Shown: one piece after another, positions 29,577-39,491 of the stretch | How positions within the stretch are numbered: position 1 is the stretch's first letter | Layout of the letters: each line of letters starts with the position of its first letter | Assembly (NCBI GenBank): GCA_965205945.1 | Contig: CBDBIB010000003.1 | Coordinates: 736,394 to 800,393 of the forward strand | DNA length: 64,000 nucleotides | Direction: 5' to 3' | DNA from: Bdellovibrionales bacterium | GTDB taxonomy: Bacteria > Bdellovibrionota > Bdellovibrionia > Bdellovibrionales > UBA1609 | Made by a program: the position numbers and the translations under genes | The notes under the pieces: generated by a model | Databases searched by the model: none | Told to the model about the DNA's origin: nothing | What the model saw: the letters and a program-made list of their open reading frames with translations, nothing else

Positions 29577-29804
29577 ATGGAAAATTATGAATTAGATGAA
29601 AAAATTACTTTATTAGGGCAGAGAATCTCTAAATTGAGACGTCGAAAGGGTTTAACTGTAGAGAAGTTAGCATATGAGTCGGGAGTCTCAAAAGGGAATT
29701 TATCTGATCTAGAAAACGGTAAAGTAAACCCTAGGTTCACAACACTTTTATTGCTTTCTGAGGGGCTAGAAGTCTCTCTGTCAGCACTTGTTAAAATTTA
29801 CTAG
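29577..29804 (+). CDS. XRE/C-protein-like HTH regulator
   Basis: LGQRISKLRRRKGLTVEKLA...LSDLENGKVNP. Confidence 0.9.
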   Translation: MENYELDEKITLLGQRISKLRRRKGLTVEKLAYESGVSKGNLSDLENGKVNPRFTTLLLLSEGLEVSLSALVKIY

Positions 29805-30310
29805 GTGTTTCGCTCTAAAACTTGCATCAATTTTTCTCTAATGGAGCTACTTTTTATTTTTTGACGATTTGTTTTTTCATTAAATATTCCGAGATGCCTG
29901 CCAAGTAGTTCAAGAGCCTTAAGGCTGTCTTTGAGTTTAATGCTTATTTCTGGACCCAACTTCCTCTGTTTAACTTTTATTAATTCTATAGCGGATGCTG
30001 ATGTTGTTAAAGAGTTTGAAGGGATTAAATAAATTCCTTTTTCATTCAATGTCACAAAGTTATCAATTGATGCAAAGGCGATTTTAGCTAGTTCCTGCAC
30101 TACTGCATCAGCATTTATCTTTAGGCGTAGAGAGCGTTCTTTTTTGAGTTCTGAAATATAAGTTTGAATGTCAGGTTTTGTAAGGTTCTCTTGGCCAATA
30201 GACCTAGCTGTTTTGTGCGAATAGCCTGCTCTAATGGCCGACTTAGTGGCGCAAAGGTCAACGAGGTACTCTGCACAGAAAATTCTTTGTTTTTCAGTTA
30301 ATACAGCCAT
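29801..30310 (-). CDS. terS: Phage terminase small subunit
   Basis: LTEKQRIFCAEYLVDLCATKSAIRAGYS..TARSIGQENLTKPDI; KALELLGRHLG. Confidence 0.92.
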   Translation of the reverse strand: MAVLTEKQRIFCAEYLVDLCATKSAIRAGYSHKTARSIGQENLTKPDIQTYISELKKERSLRLKINADAVVQELAKIAFASIDNFVTLNEKGIYLIPSNSLTTSASAIELIKVKQRKLGPEISIKLKDSLKALELLGRHLGIFNEKTNRQKIKSSSIREKLMQVLERNT

Positions 30311-30409
30311 ATCTATATTTTATGATAGGTATGACTTTTGTGATAGTGAAAAGGCGCCGCCTTTTCTTTAAGGGCTAAATATCTTAAACAAAATACTCAT
30401 TGAACTTTT

Positions 30410-32635
30410 CTAAAAATCATCAAATTCATCAGAACCTTCAGAAAAACCGATTCCAACAAAAACATCTCCGTTAGACCTATGAATTCGCTTAAATCCCTTA
30501 TTATACATTTGCTTATAAAACTCATTTCTGGTGATAGGTGTAAACCTAGCTCCAAAAGATTCAGACCAAAACTTGAATTCATCATAAAGGTCTTTGGGCT
30601 TTATATAAGACTTTCTATCTAAACTGATTAAGCGAGTATTATTACTAAAGGCCTGGACCTCTTTATTCTCGATATCTTGAATAAACTGAGAGACCCAATC
30701 ATGGCTTGTTTGCCATTTTGAAAGCTCAGATTTCCCAGACTTCGGATTGATGAAGTGCCCCTGTGAAAGCATAAGGGATTTTATACCTTCTAAAGCAAAG
30801 TTAATGATTCCCTCAGGTGAGTGTTCAAACACTTTATCAGAAAAGTCTTTGTCGAATTCAGTTTTAGTAAAACAATTTTCAAATTTTAAAATGCTCCAGC
30901 GTCTAGTGTGTGCTCCGCTGATTCCATCTCCTAATTTTGGTAAGTGGTTTCCTGCAAAAATATGAATTGCTGGAAGTGGAGCGTAAATAGGTGCTTGGAA
31001 CTTCCTATCAATCCTAACGGCTACTCTGTCTTCAATCTTCTTTAAATTGCCATCAGACATTTCTTTTTTACAATCTATATCAGTAACTATGTTAATTAGT
31101 TTGCCAACCATTGATTCCATTAAAAAGCCTTTGAATTCATGTGGTTCAACAGAGCTCAAATTGTCTTTTTGAAGAAGTTTGGTGATTGGCAGTAAGCATG
31201 ATGGCTTCCCTGACCCTGCGGCTCCAACCATAAGAAATAGACGTGGATAAACTGGGAATAGACAAGCTCCGAACATCTGTTTCACAGCTTCAATTTTTTC
31301 AGTTTTATCTGAGTCTCCTTGAAAAGTAGAATTTAGCATCTCTAGAAACAGCTGGTTTTCAACTTTAGGGTTATTAGGGTAATTAAATTGAATGATATTC
31401 GTCAGGTAGTCTTTAGCGGAGTGTCCTCTAAAATCAAACTTGAAATTTTTACCTTTGCCACTTAGATGTAACGTGCCATTCTTAAAATTAACTTTCGTTG
31501 GCACAGGTCTAAATAAGTCTATGGATTGAGGCGGTGTTGGTGTGAATGTCACAAGCATTTTAAAAGCTTTTTCTAATGCTGTTCCTGATATTTTATTCTT
31601 TTTTGTTTTTGCTATTTGCTGTTTAATCTCGTCGATAGCGTCATTGTCTGCTAAGTTCCATTTTAGTGAGTCATATAAGAATAAACTTCTATTCTGCTTT
31701 ACTATTTTTCCATCAAAGAATTTATTATTCTTTCTATCATAGGAACAACCATAAACCTCTTTGAGTGTGGTCATAACTATTGAAAAGTCTTTACTTCCCT
31801 GATTACTGGTGGATACCAATTGGTCTAGATCTAATTTATTCTGTTTGCCATACTCTAAAGAGTTTTTAAGTTTTTCCTCTAGCTCACTTTCTCTCCAAGG
31901 TGGCTCACAGGAATGATTCCACTCCTTGAATATAGGTAGAGCAGCATTTGCGCTCAAACCAAAGCCTTTTGTTAGGAGGCAGGCTACGTGGAATGTCTGC
32001 GTGTCACCTCCTTCATGTTCTACAGCGGGCTTTTGCATTAAAATTGTATTTCTAATTTCTTCAATTGTGAACTCTCCACTAAGGGCAGAAGGCTCTATTT
32101 TTGTTTCACTAACTTTGTCGATATAGTCGTTTGGATCAATCTCTGGCAGGTCTGCTAAATTTAAACCGTTCCATGATTCGATTTCTTTATAAAAGCCTCC
32201 TTTAGGATGCAGAGAGCCTGGCGCGATGACGTATCCACCATCGGCTTTTATGTCGACGTCTATCTTTTTACCGTTGTGAAGAATCTTAATTTTACAATTA
32301 AAAGCATTTGGAAGTTGATAGACCCATTGCTCTCCTCTGTTGGTCTTCGTTTTCATTGGTGTGTGTGGTAAATTAGTTTTAGCCCAGATTAGGGCTTCTT
32401 CGGAATCCAAATCAAAAACACCAGTTTTGGACTCTACTCCTGTTACAATACCAATGTTGCAAAGTTTATTTTTAAAAGCTGATTGTAATTGTTCAGGTGT
32501 CATTCTCTTTTTTTGACATTTTTTCCATTTAATCAAAGTCGGCCCTTTTTTTCCATAAGCCACGGGGACTACATTAAGCCCCATGTTGTAAAGTTTAGTA
32601 GCCATATTGCTCGCGTCTTGAGGGGTTTTAATCAC
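30410..32635 (-). CDS. Bifunctional primase-polymerase / D5-like SF3 helicase
   Basis: NIGIVTG, VFDLD, GGYVIAPGSLH, CEPPW..EL..K, NFKNGTL, GAAGSGK. Confidence 0.9.
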   Translation of the reverse strand: MIKTPQDASNMATKLYNMGLNVVPVAYGKKGPTLIKWKKCQKKRMTPEQLQSAFKNKLCNIGIVTGVESKTGVFDLDSEEALIWAKTNLPHTPMKTKTNRGEQWVYQLPNAFNCKIKILHNGKKIDVDIKADGGYVIAPGSLHPKGGFYKEIESWNGLNLADLPEIDPNDYIDKVSETKIEPSALSGEFTIEEIRNTILMQKPAVEHEGGDTQTFHVACLLTKGFGLSANAALPIFKEWNHSCEPPWRESELEEKLKNSLEYGKQNKLDLDQLVSTSNQGSKDFSIVMTTLKEVYGCSYDRKNNKFFDGKIVKQNRSLFLYDSLKWNLADNDAIDEIKQQIAKTKKNKISGTALEKAFKMLVTFTPTPPQSIDLFRPVPTKVNFKNGTLHLSGKGKNFKFDFRGHSAKDYLTNIIQFNYPNNPKVENQLFLEMLNSTFQGDSDKTEKIEAVKQMFGACLFPVYPRLFLMVGAAGSGKPSCLLPITKLLQKDNLSSVEPHEFKGFLMESMVGKLINIVTDIDCKKEMSDGNLKKIEDRVAVRIDRKFQAPIYAPLPAIHIFAGNHLPKLGDGISGAHTRRWSILKFENCFTKTEFDKDFSDKVFEHSPEGIINFALEGIKSLMLSQGHFINPKSGKSELSKWQTSHDWVSQFIQDIENKEVQAFSNNTRLISLDRKSYIKPKDLYDEFKFWSESFGARFTPITRNEFYKQMYNKGFKRIHRSNGDVFVGIGFSEGSDEFDDF

Positions 32636-32985
32636 TGCTCCCTCCCGTTATTGTTTTGGAAAATCAAAGCAAAACTTTTAAGATTTATTAAAAATTGGTC
32701 GATTGTTTTGCGCCCCTCATGTATTTTTTTTTCATCAGCGCCACTTTCTTCTAGGACTTTCTTCAGGTGTTTGTCTAAGTCTACTCCGTTGAGTTCTAGG
32801 CTGGTTAAGAGTATCGAAATTACAGCGATGGTTCTGTCTTCCAAAATTGCTAATGAAGGCTTGTGTTCATGATTTCTAGAATGCAGGATTACTCCACTGT
32901 TTTTAAGAAAATTTTCGTCAGATGAACTAATTTTATTTAAGTTTAATTTATATTTACTTTCCATTTTCGTCCTTTTTGAAGCCAA
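32632..32985 (-). CDS. Hypothetical satellite protein
   Basis: Overlaps both the HTH and primase genes in an operon. Confidence 0.6.
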   Translation of the reverse strand: MASKRTKMESKYKLNLNKISSSDENFLKNSGVILHSRNHEHKPSLAILEDRTIAVISILLTSLELNGVDLDKHLKKVLEESGADEKKIHEGRKTIDQFLINLKSFALIFQNNNGREQ

Positions 32986-33172
32986 GATTGGCTGGCTCTA
33001 GTTTAAGTGTTTTTGATATAGCTATGACTTCTTCTGAGGTCGGTTCTGTATACCCTTTAATAATTCTAGACAGTTTTGATTCGCTGAGATTATCAACACG
33101 AGCTGCCAGCTCAGTCTGTGTTAGTCCTGCTTTTTTAATTTCTATCAGCAGTTGATAGTTTTGTTTTCTCAT
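32954..33172 (-). CDS. Cro/XRE-like HTH protein
   Basis: GLTQTELAARV...LSRIIKG..EP; AGGAGG RBS. Confidence 0.85.
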   Translation of the reverse strand: MRKQNYQLLIEIKKAGLTQTELAARVDNLSESKLSRIIKGYTEPTSEEVIAISKTLKLEPANLGFKKDENGK

Positions 33173-33214
33173 GATTTACCTCCTTCAGAGAAAAGTTTTT
33201 GCAGAGGTAAAGAT

Positions 33215-33796
33215 ATGTCGACTAAAAAATCCAAAATAGGACGTGAGCTGGGAAAAAGCTCTTACGAGGATGAATTTTTACAGCTTCACAGGTTGGATGA
33301 GGTGAAAGACTTCGAGTCTTTTAGTTCTTTTGCTATTGCATACGGTTTAAATGCTAATAATTTCGATGGCATCGTCAATTTTATAAATGAGGTAAGGTCA
33401 GAGCTTGATACGGAGAGTTCAAGTTACGATAGTTTTGAAGTTTGTGTTGTTGATGCATTAGCTCATGGCATTTTGTATGAAAATGTTAAAGGTCAAAACT
33501 ACTCAGATAGAAGGAGTGATGTGAAGAAAAAATTTGGAGGAGGGAGAAAACACCCATGTAAAAACCTTGATCTTCAAGTAGCGACTGAGCTGGTTTCCCT
33601 ATATATGTTAGGCGAAGATACCCGTAAAAAGAATAATTCTACGTATTTAAAAAAATCAAATAATTATATTTTTGAAACAATATGTTCAGTTTTGCATCTT
33701 ATTGGTGTTAATAAGGAAACTAGGTCTATCTCTAAAGCATGGAATCAAGCTGAGAGCTTCTATAAAGACAGGAAGTCTCCCTATCAAACTTTTTGA
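33215..33796 (+). CDS. Hypothetical protein divergent from the Cro-like gene
   Basis: ATG at 33215 with GAGG RBS; no family recognised. Confidence 0.55.
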   Translation: MSTKKSKIGRELGKSSYEDEFLQLHRLDEVKDFESFSSFAIAYGLNANNFDGIVNFINEVRSELDTESSSYDSFEVCVVDALAHGILYENVKGQNYSDRRSDVKKKFGGGRKHPCKNLDLQVATELVSLYMLGEDTRKKNNSTYLKKSNNYIFETICSVLHLIGVNKETRSISKAWNQAESFYKDRKSPYQTF

Positions 33797-33889
33797 CTCA
33801 TAGCATGGTACAAAATCCCAGCTCACGTCCTAGTTGTTTAATCCTATTCATGTACTTTTCTTGCAAAAACTTATTGCAAGAAAGGTGCT

Positions 33890-34090
33890 ATGGAAATAGA
33901 AAAAAGCTTTAAACCGCTCTTTGAAAACCGAGATGAAACATTAAACGTGAAGCAGGCAGCAGCCTTCTTAGGGGTCAGTGATAAAACTGTATATGAAAAG
34001 TCGAAAGACGGACTCATACCCCATCAGAGGCTCGGTGCCCGCTACATATTCCTTCGTTCCGAGTTGGTTAGATTTTTGAAAGGAGACTAA
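33890..34090 (+). CDS. Excisionase/AlpA-like HTH_17 protein
   Basis: LNVKQAAAFLGVSDKTVY...IPHQRLGARYIF. Confidence 0.9.
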   Translation: MEIEKSFKPLFENRDETLNVKQAAAFLGVSDKTVYEKSKDGLIPHQRLGARYIFLRSELVRFLKGD

Positions 34091-35383
34091 ATGTCCAATC
34101 AGAAATTCAATCCAAATCAATATAAGAACAAAAAAACAATTTATGTATCAGTTCCAGGAGTTCCAGGTGTGAACTCTATCTGGGACTGGTCAGAACGTAG
34201 AAAGAAATACTGCAAGAGAACTCTTGGTAATAAGTTTTATTCTGTAAAACGCATTAAGGGACGTCAGACGGCTAAGTGCTTTCCAAGATTGGCTGATGCT
34301 AAATTATGGCAACACAATCAGATGGAAGAGATTGATCCAGAAGACAGTGATCTTTATTTTTCTGAACTTAAAGAAAAGTTTTTTAAAAAGAAAAAAGGTG
34401 AAATTCGTATAGCTACTTACGAGAGCTACGAGTCTAAATCAAAGCACCTAAAGTATTTTGAAAAAATGCTGGTTTCAAGTATCACACCCAAAGTTATCGA
34501 TGCTTGGCTTGAGCACTTAAAGACCCCAAGGTATCTAAAGAAGCAACACAAGAGTCGAACAAGTTACAGACACGAGTTAGATGTTCTAAGAACAATCTTA
34601 GACTACTACGGAGAATACATTTGTGAAGACAATTCTTATAACCTTCCTTTTAAGAAAAGGCATAAGAGTGACTGTGTGGTTGATAGAGTTAAATACAAAC
34701 AGGCTAAAGATAGAAACAAGCGTAAGTTTATACCTAGAGAGACTGTGATGACTTTTTTGAAAGAGCTCAAAAAAAGTTCTACAGCTAAGCCTGAAGATGA
34801 GGTCTTTACAATTTTAGCTCTCTTTCAGTTTTCAACAGGAACTAGAATCGGAGAAGCTTGTGCTGTTAGTTGGAAGGATCTCCACTTAGACAGTAAAGTA
34901 GTCATGATTAAACGTAGTGTTTGTTGGAGCCGTAAAGCTGGCAGAGAAACCTTTATAGCTGAAACCACAAAAACAGGTGAGAGCAGAAACATATTTTTAC
35001 CTGATGAACTGGTTGCAGAGTTAAGAGCTTGGAAATTAAAAACAGGAAAGCCAAAAGGCTTGGTTTTTAGTTCTGATGGCTTTACTCCACTAACGAGAAG
35101 GTCTGTTCAATACCGCTATAACCAAGCTTTAGAAAAAGCAGGGTCAGAATGGAAAGGAACTCATTTATTAAGACACAGTTTTGCAACTGACTTTTTAGAA
35201 AAGACTCAAAATCCAAAGGCGCTTCAAGGTATTTTAGGGCACTCAACAGCTCAACAAACAAATTACTATTCTAAGATCACCGATGGGCTAATGCAGAAAG
35301 GAATGGACCAATATAAAGATTCATATTCTGAAATTGCAGAGGTCATAAACATGGGTGCTGTTAGGAAGGTGTTAGGAAGCTAA
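34091..35383 (+). CDS. int: Tyrosine integrase
   Basis: TGTRIGE, TKT, HLLRHSFAT, LGHS, YYS catalytic set. Confidence 0.95.
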   Translation: MSNQKFNPNQYKNKKTIYVSVPGVPGVNSIWDWSERRKKYCKRTLGNKFYSVKRIKGRQTAKCFPRLADAKLWQHNQMEEIDPEDSDLYFSELKEKFFKKKKGEIRIATYESYESKSKHLKYFEKMLVSSITPKVIDAWLEHLKTPRYLKKQHKSRTSYRHELDVLRTILDYYGEYICEDNSYNLPFKKRHKSDCVVDRVKYKQAKDRNKRKFIPRETVMTFLKELKKSSTAKPEDEVFTILALFQFSTGTRIGEACAVSWKDLHLDSKVVMIKRSVCWSRKAGRETFIAETTKTGESRNIFLPDELVAELRAWKLKTGKPKGLVFSSDGFTPLTRRSVQYRYNQALEKAGSEWKGTHLLRHSFATDFLEKTQNPKALQGILGHSTAQQTNYYSKITDGLMQKGMDQYKDSYSEIAEVINMGAVRKVLGS

Positions 35384-35430
35384 CCCCTAAAAACAAAAAA
35401 GCCAGCAATATAGCTAGCTTATTCATCAAT

Positions 35431-35507
<77 letters not shown>

Positions 35508-35664
35508 AAAACCCTATATTTTAAAATGATGAAATTAGGGTCTTATCTGTAAGATGTCAAATTTCATTTTAGCCCATAGCCTTGATAGTTTTAGTTTTTA
35601 TATGATCTATGTGATTATATAAAGTATAGTTAAGGAAAGTCTTTAGCGAAAGGTTAACTTTAGA

Positions 35665-36987
35665 ATGCTTAAAAAATCATCCGTTTTTTTGATCTTTAGT
35701 TTAGGTTTAGCTTCTTTTGCTAAGGTAGATACAAGAATTAAATGGGGTGGGGATTACAGGTTTCGCTCTTATGTGAGTGAGAATCTTACTTTTAAAAATT
35801 CTGAGAAAGAGGATTTTTATAATCATCGATTTATTCTTAAAGGAGAAATGGCTCCTAATGATAGTATAGAAACATATTTTTCAATTAATATGAATCAAGT
35901 TGTTGGTGGAGAAGGAAAACGAGGGTTTTCAGGTTTAGAGGGCTTTAATGATAATCTAAAAGATGTTCAAATATTAACAGCATATGCTGATTGGCATTTA
36001 GGGAGCTCGTTTTTTTTAAAACTTGGTCGAACAAATCTTAATTGGGGAAATGAAGTTGTTGTTTCAAGTAATTTAGACGATCAAAGACCTTATACATTTG
36101 ATGGTCTGTTTTTTGGTTATGATTCTGAAAGTTTTATGCTCAATGCTGGTGTGTTAAAAATTGGAGATTGGAGCAGGGATAAAGGGTCACCTTCTACAGT
36201 TGATCCAGGGGAATCAGCATACTTTGTTGTTCTAGATTTTAAATCTTTTGGAAAAATTTTTGAAACAGTAGAGTTTTTTTTACTAAGACTTCAATCTTCA
36301 GATTTTATTGATGCAGAAAATAGTATAAGTATAAAGGGGTATTCATTAGATCGCCTTGGCTTCTCTTTGGCAGGGTCTAAGAGGAAAGTATTTTATCAAG
36401 TTGATTACGTAAATTTATTAGGTTCGTATAATGGAGGAGTAAGCGCTCAGGCTTGGATGGGGCATATGAACTTGGGTGTGAACTTTGGAAATAAGCAACC
36501 AGGTTCAGTTTATCTTATAGGGCATTATGATTCAGGGGATGATTCAAGTAGTATGACAGTAGATGAAAGCTATAGACCAGTTTACTACAATCATCATAAA
36601 TATGCAGGTTTAATGGATCTTTTTGCTTGGGGTAATCTAACGTATTATGGCTTAGGGGCAAACCTTTTTTATAAAGAACAGACAGAGTTTAAAGCACAGA
36701 TATTAAGATTTAGCTTAACGGATAGCTTTAAGGGGCCGAATGCAATTTCTTATTTAGGTTATGGAGAGAGCAGTTCTTTTATAAGTGAAGAGGTTTCAAA
36801 AAATACAAATGCAGATTCAAGTTTAAATTTAGGAACAGAATTTGATATTGCAATAACAAGAAAGTTTTTATCAGGTGTAGATTTAGAGTTAATTTTTGGG
36901 GTTTTTATTCCAGATGATTATTTAAAAGCGTATGATAGAAATGAAGAAATTTACTCACTTAGACTTAGTATAGGGTTTGAGTTTTAA
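35665..36987 (+). CDS. Alginate-export-family outer membrane beta-barrel
   Basis: Signal peptide, GGDYRFR, SGDD, HKYAGLMDLF-WGNL, LGTEFD, terminal Phe. Confidence 0.75.
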   Translation: MLKKSSVFLIFSLGLASFAKVDTRIKWGGDYRFRSYVSENLTFKNSEKEDFYNHRFILKGEMAPNDSIETYFSINMNQVVGGEGKRGFSGLEGFNDNLKDVQILTAYADWHLGSSFFLKLGRTNLNWGNEVVVSSNLDDQRPYTFDGLFFGYDSESFMLNAGVLKIGDWSRDKGSPSTVDPGESAYFVVLDFKSFGKIFETVEFFLLRLQSSDFIDAENSISIKGYSLDRLGFSLAGSKRKVFYQVDYVNLLGSYNGGVSAQAWMGHMNLGVNFGNKQPGSVYLIGHYDSGDDSSSMTVDESYRPVYYNHHKYAGLMDLFAWGNLTYYGLGANLFYKEQTEFKAQILRFSLTDSFKGPNAISYLGYGESSSFISEEVSKNTNADSSLNLGTEFDIAITRKFLSGVDLELIFGVFIPDDYLKAYDRNEEIYSLRLSIGFEF

Positions 36988-37586
36988 TGAGATTAAGTGA
37001 AATATTAAACAAAATTGAAAATCTTGCACCCCAGTGGTTTTTAGCAATAGCTGTAATATTTGTTTCAATAGCTTTAATCATTTATAATAAACCCCCTCAT
37101 CAGTTTTGTGATACTCAAAAAAAGGCTTTTATCAATCAGCAGAAAAAGTTTTTAGCGAGTAAAAGCTATGATAGTTTTTTTCAAAGGTGTTTAAGTTCTA
37201 ATAATCGAGGAGCTTGTGAGCCATATTTTGTGGGTTTTAAAAAAATGCTGGATGATTTTAAGGTTATAGATGAGAAATGTCTCCAGACTGTAGTTGAATC
37301 ACCAAGAGTAAGATCGGCTTTAACTTCATTTCTTGTTCAGGTAGCAAGACTCGTTTGGGGGAGTAATGGGCCGAGCACCATTTACGGTCTAGGGGGTTGG
37401 TTTGGACCTAGTCATTTTCGAACTTTTTGCAGGGTAAAGAGTCGATATAGTCAGTCATATGGTGAGAAGGCTTATGAGGCGTTAGTAGATAAGATTTTAA
37501 ACATATTACCTAACAAGAAAAAATTTACGAAAATTCAAAAAAGAGATAGAAGTCTTTTTGCAACCCCTTGTTCTCAATATTTTTAA
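36987..37586 (+). CDS. Membrane-anchored Cys-containing hypothetical protein
   Basis: N-terminal TM helix, six Cys, coupled to the upstream gene. Confidence 0.65.
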   Translation: MRLSEILNKIENLAPQWFLAIAVIFVSIALIIYNKPPHQFCDTQKKAFINQQKKFLASKSYDSFFQRCLSSNNRGACEPYFVGFKKMLDDFKVIDEKCLQTVVESPRVRSALTSFLVQVARLVWGSNGPSTIYGLGGWFGPSHFRTFCRVKSRYSQSYGEKAYEALVDKILNILPNKKKFTKIQKRDRSLFATPCSQYF

Positions 37587-37610
37587 GAAGGTGCGTTATA
37601 AAGGCTCTCT

Positions 37611-37886
37611 TTAATATTCAAATGTTTTTGGAGTTGGTACTTTAGGGTTTTTGTAATGATCAGCGGCATGTGTTCCTTGAGGAACAAGAGCTATTTGGCG
37701 AGCTTTTTTAATTGCTCTAGAGAGTGAGTTTTGTTGTTTAGTGCTTAATTTACTTACTCTAGCCGGGACAATTTTTCCTGCATCTACTAAAAAGCGAGTA
37801 AGTGAGGCTGGATCTTTGTAGTCAAACTTAAAATTAAGAGGGTATTCTGGTCTAAATTTTGATTTATAGCCTTTTTTTTCGTTCAT
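37611..37886 (-). CDS. rpsR: 30S ribosomal protein S18 (Cys-free)
   Basis: FDYKD...GKIVPARVS...AIKKARQIALVP. Confidence 0.93.
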   Translation of the reverse strand: MNEKKGYKSKFRPEYPLNFKFDYKDPASLTRFLVDAGKIVPARVSKLSTKQQNSLSRAIKKARQIALVPQGTHAADHYKNPKVPTPKTFEY

Positions 37887-38059
37887 CTATTTAAGTCTCC
37901 TTGTGCCTTTAAAATAAAAATGAACTATAACTTAAAAAAAACTTGCCAACAAGCCTAAAATCTAATTACTATGCTGATTTCCTGTTTTAGTAAAGCTTAC
38001 TAAGCCTTGTCTTATAGATCAGTACTGAATAATAGGAGATACCATAAGGAGTTGTTGCC

Positions 38060-38365
38060 ATGGCAAGATGTGAATTAAGTGGTAAGGGACCTGTTGCTAA
38101 AAATATTGTCAGCCATTCTAATATTAAGAATAAGTCTATTGCAAACCCAAATGTACAGGCGAAAAGACTTTTTAGCCAAACCTTAAATCGTTTAGTTTCA
38201 CTAAAAATTGCTACAAGTACTATGCGTACGATTGAGCATATTGGTGGGCTTGATAGATTTCTTATAAAATCTAAAGATTTAGTTCTTTCTAAAAGAGCAA
38301 AAGCTGTGAAAACACAAATTCTTAAGAAATTAAGAGTAGCTACAAAGACTAAGGTGGAAAACTAA
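38060..38365 (+). CDS. rpmB: 50S ribosomal protein L28
   Basis: MARCELSGK...VSHSNIK...PNVQ...GGLD. Confidence 0.93.
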   Translation: MARCELSGKGPVAKNIVSHSNIKNKSIANPNVQAKRLFSQTLNRLVSLKIATSTMRTIEHIGGLDRFLIKSKDLVLSKRAKAVKTQILKKLRVATKTKVEN

Positions 38366-38634
38366 TGGCCTCTAGAACACTTAAGTTAAAAATCAATAAA
38401 GGGGATAACGTTAAGGTTATTTCTGGATCAGGAAAAGGTCATACTGGAACTGTTTTAGCACTTAACACTAAAAAACTTAAGGTTAAAGTTTCTGGACATA
38501 ATATGCAGACACACTTTGATAAAGAAAAGGGAATCTCTACAAAAGAGGGATATGTTGATTATTCAAATATAAAACTTGAAACTACTTTAAAAAGAAAAAA
38601 AGCGCCGGCTAAGAAAAAAGCTGCTAAAGTATAA
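38365..38634 (+). CDS. rplX: KOW protein, L24-like
   Basis: KINKGDNVKVISGSGKGHTGTV...EGYVDYSNI. Confidence 0.65.
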   Translation: MASRTLKLKINKGDNVKVISGSGKGHTGTVLALNTKKLKVKVSGHNMQTHFDKEKGISTKEGYVDYSNIKLETTLKRKKAPAKKKAAKV

Positions 38635-38644
38635 GCAGTATTAA

Positions 38645-39466
38645 ATGAAAGACGTGGTTACAGACTTAAAGGTCTCAGTCTTTCAAATTTGTTCAGATGA
38701 TTCTTTTAAAAATAATTCAAAAAAAATATTAGAGTTATTAAGGGCTCATAATTTAAAATTAGTGGATCTTTGTGTTTTTCCAGAAAATGCTCTTTATATT
38801 AGTATAAGCAAAAAAAGCAAAGTTCCAAAGATATCGCTAAAGCAAGGTTTTTTTAAAAAAATTCAAGAGCTAGCTAAAAAAAATGATGTAGTTATTCATT
38901 TAGGAAGTGTTCTTATTTACAGAGAAAAAAAATGCTATAATACAAGTCTTGTTGTAAATTCAAAGGGGGAAATTAAAGAGGTTTATGATAAAATTCATCT
39001 TTTTACTGCAAAAATAGGCTCTTTAGATATTGATGAGGGAAGCCTATATTTTTCAGGAAATACTCCTAAAATTATTAGAGTAAAAGGTTGGAAGATAGGC
39101 CTAAGTATTTGCTTTGATTTAAGGTTTTCAGAACTTTATTCTTTTTATGCAAAAAATCATTGTGACATGATATTGGTGCCATCAGCGTTTTTTAGGAAAA
39201 CAGGAAAAGTACATTGGCAGACTTTATTAAAGGCAAGGGCTATTGAAAGTCAATGTTATGTAGTGGCACCCGGGCAAGTTGGGGTTCATGAAAGTATTGA
39301 TGAAAAATCTATTAGAAAAAGCTATGGGCACTCCTTAGTGATTCATCCATGGGGAGATGTTTTAGCTGATTTGGGGGAAAAGATTGAATGTGTTCAAACG
39401 GTTGTTTTGGATAAAAAAGAAATTAAAAAAGTTAAAAATTCAATCGTTATGAAAAGAAGACTTTAA
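38645..39466 (+). CDS. Carbon-nitrogen hydrolase (Nit1-like)
   Basis: FPEN, YDKIHLF, ICFDLRF, RAIESQCY, YGHS. Confidence 0.9.
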   Translation: MKDVVTDLKVSVFQICSDDSFKNNSKKILELLRAHNLKLVDLCVFPENALYISISKKSKVPKISLKQGFFKKIQELAKKNDVVIHLGSVLIYREKKCYNTSLVVNSKGEIKEVYDKIHLFTAKIGSLDIDEGSLYFSGNTPKIIRVKGWKIGLSICFDLRFSELYSFYAKNHCDMILVPSAFFRKTGKVHWQTLLKARAIESQCYVVAPGQVGVHESIDEKSIRKSYGHSLVIHPWGDVLADLGEKIECVQTVVLDKKEIKKVKNSIVMKRRL

Positions 39467-39491
39467 AATTAATTAAGGAAATATATAAGGA

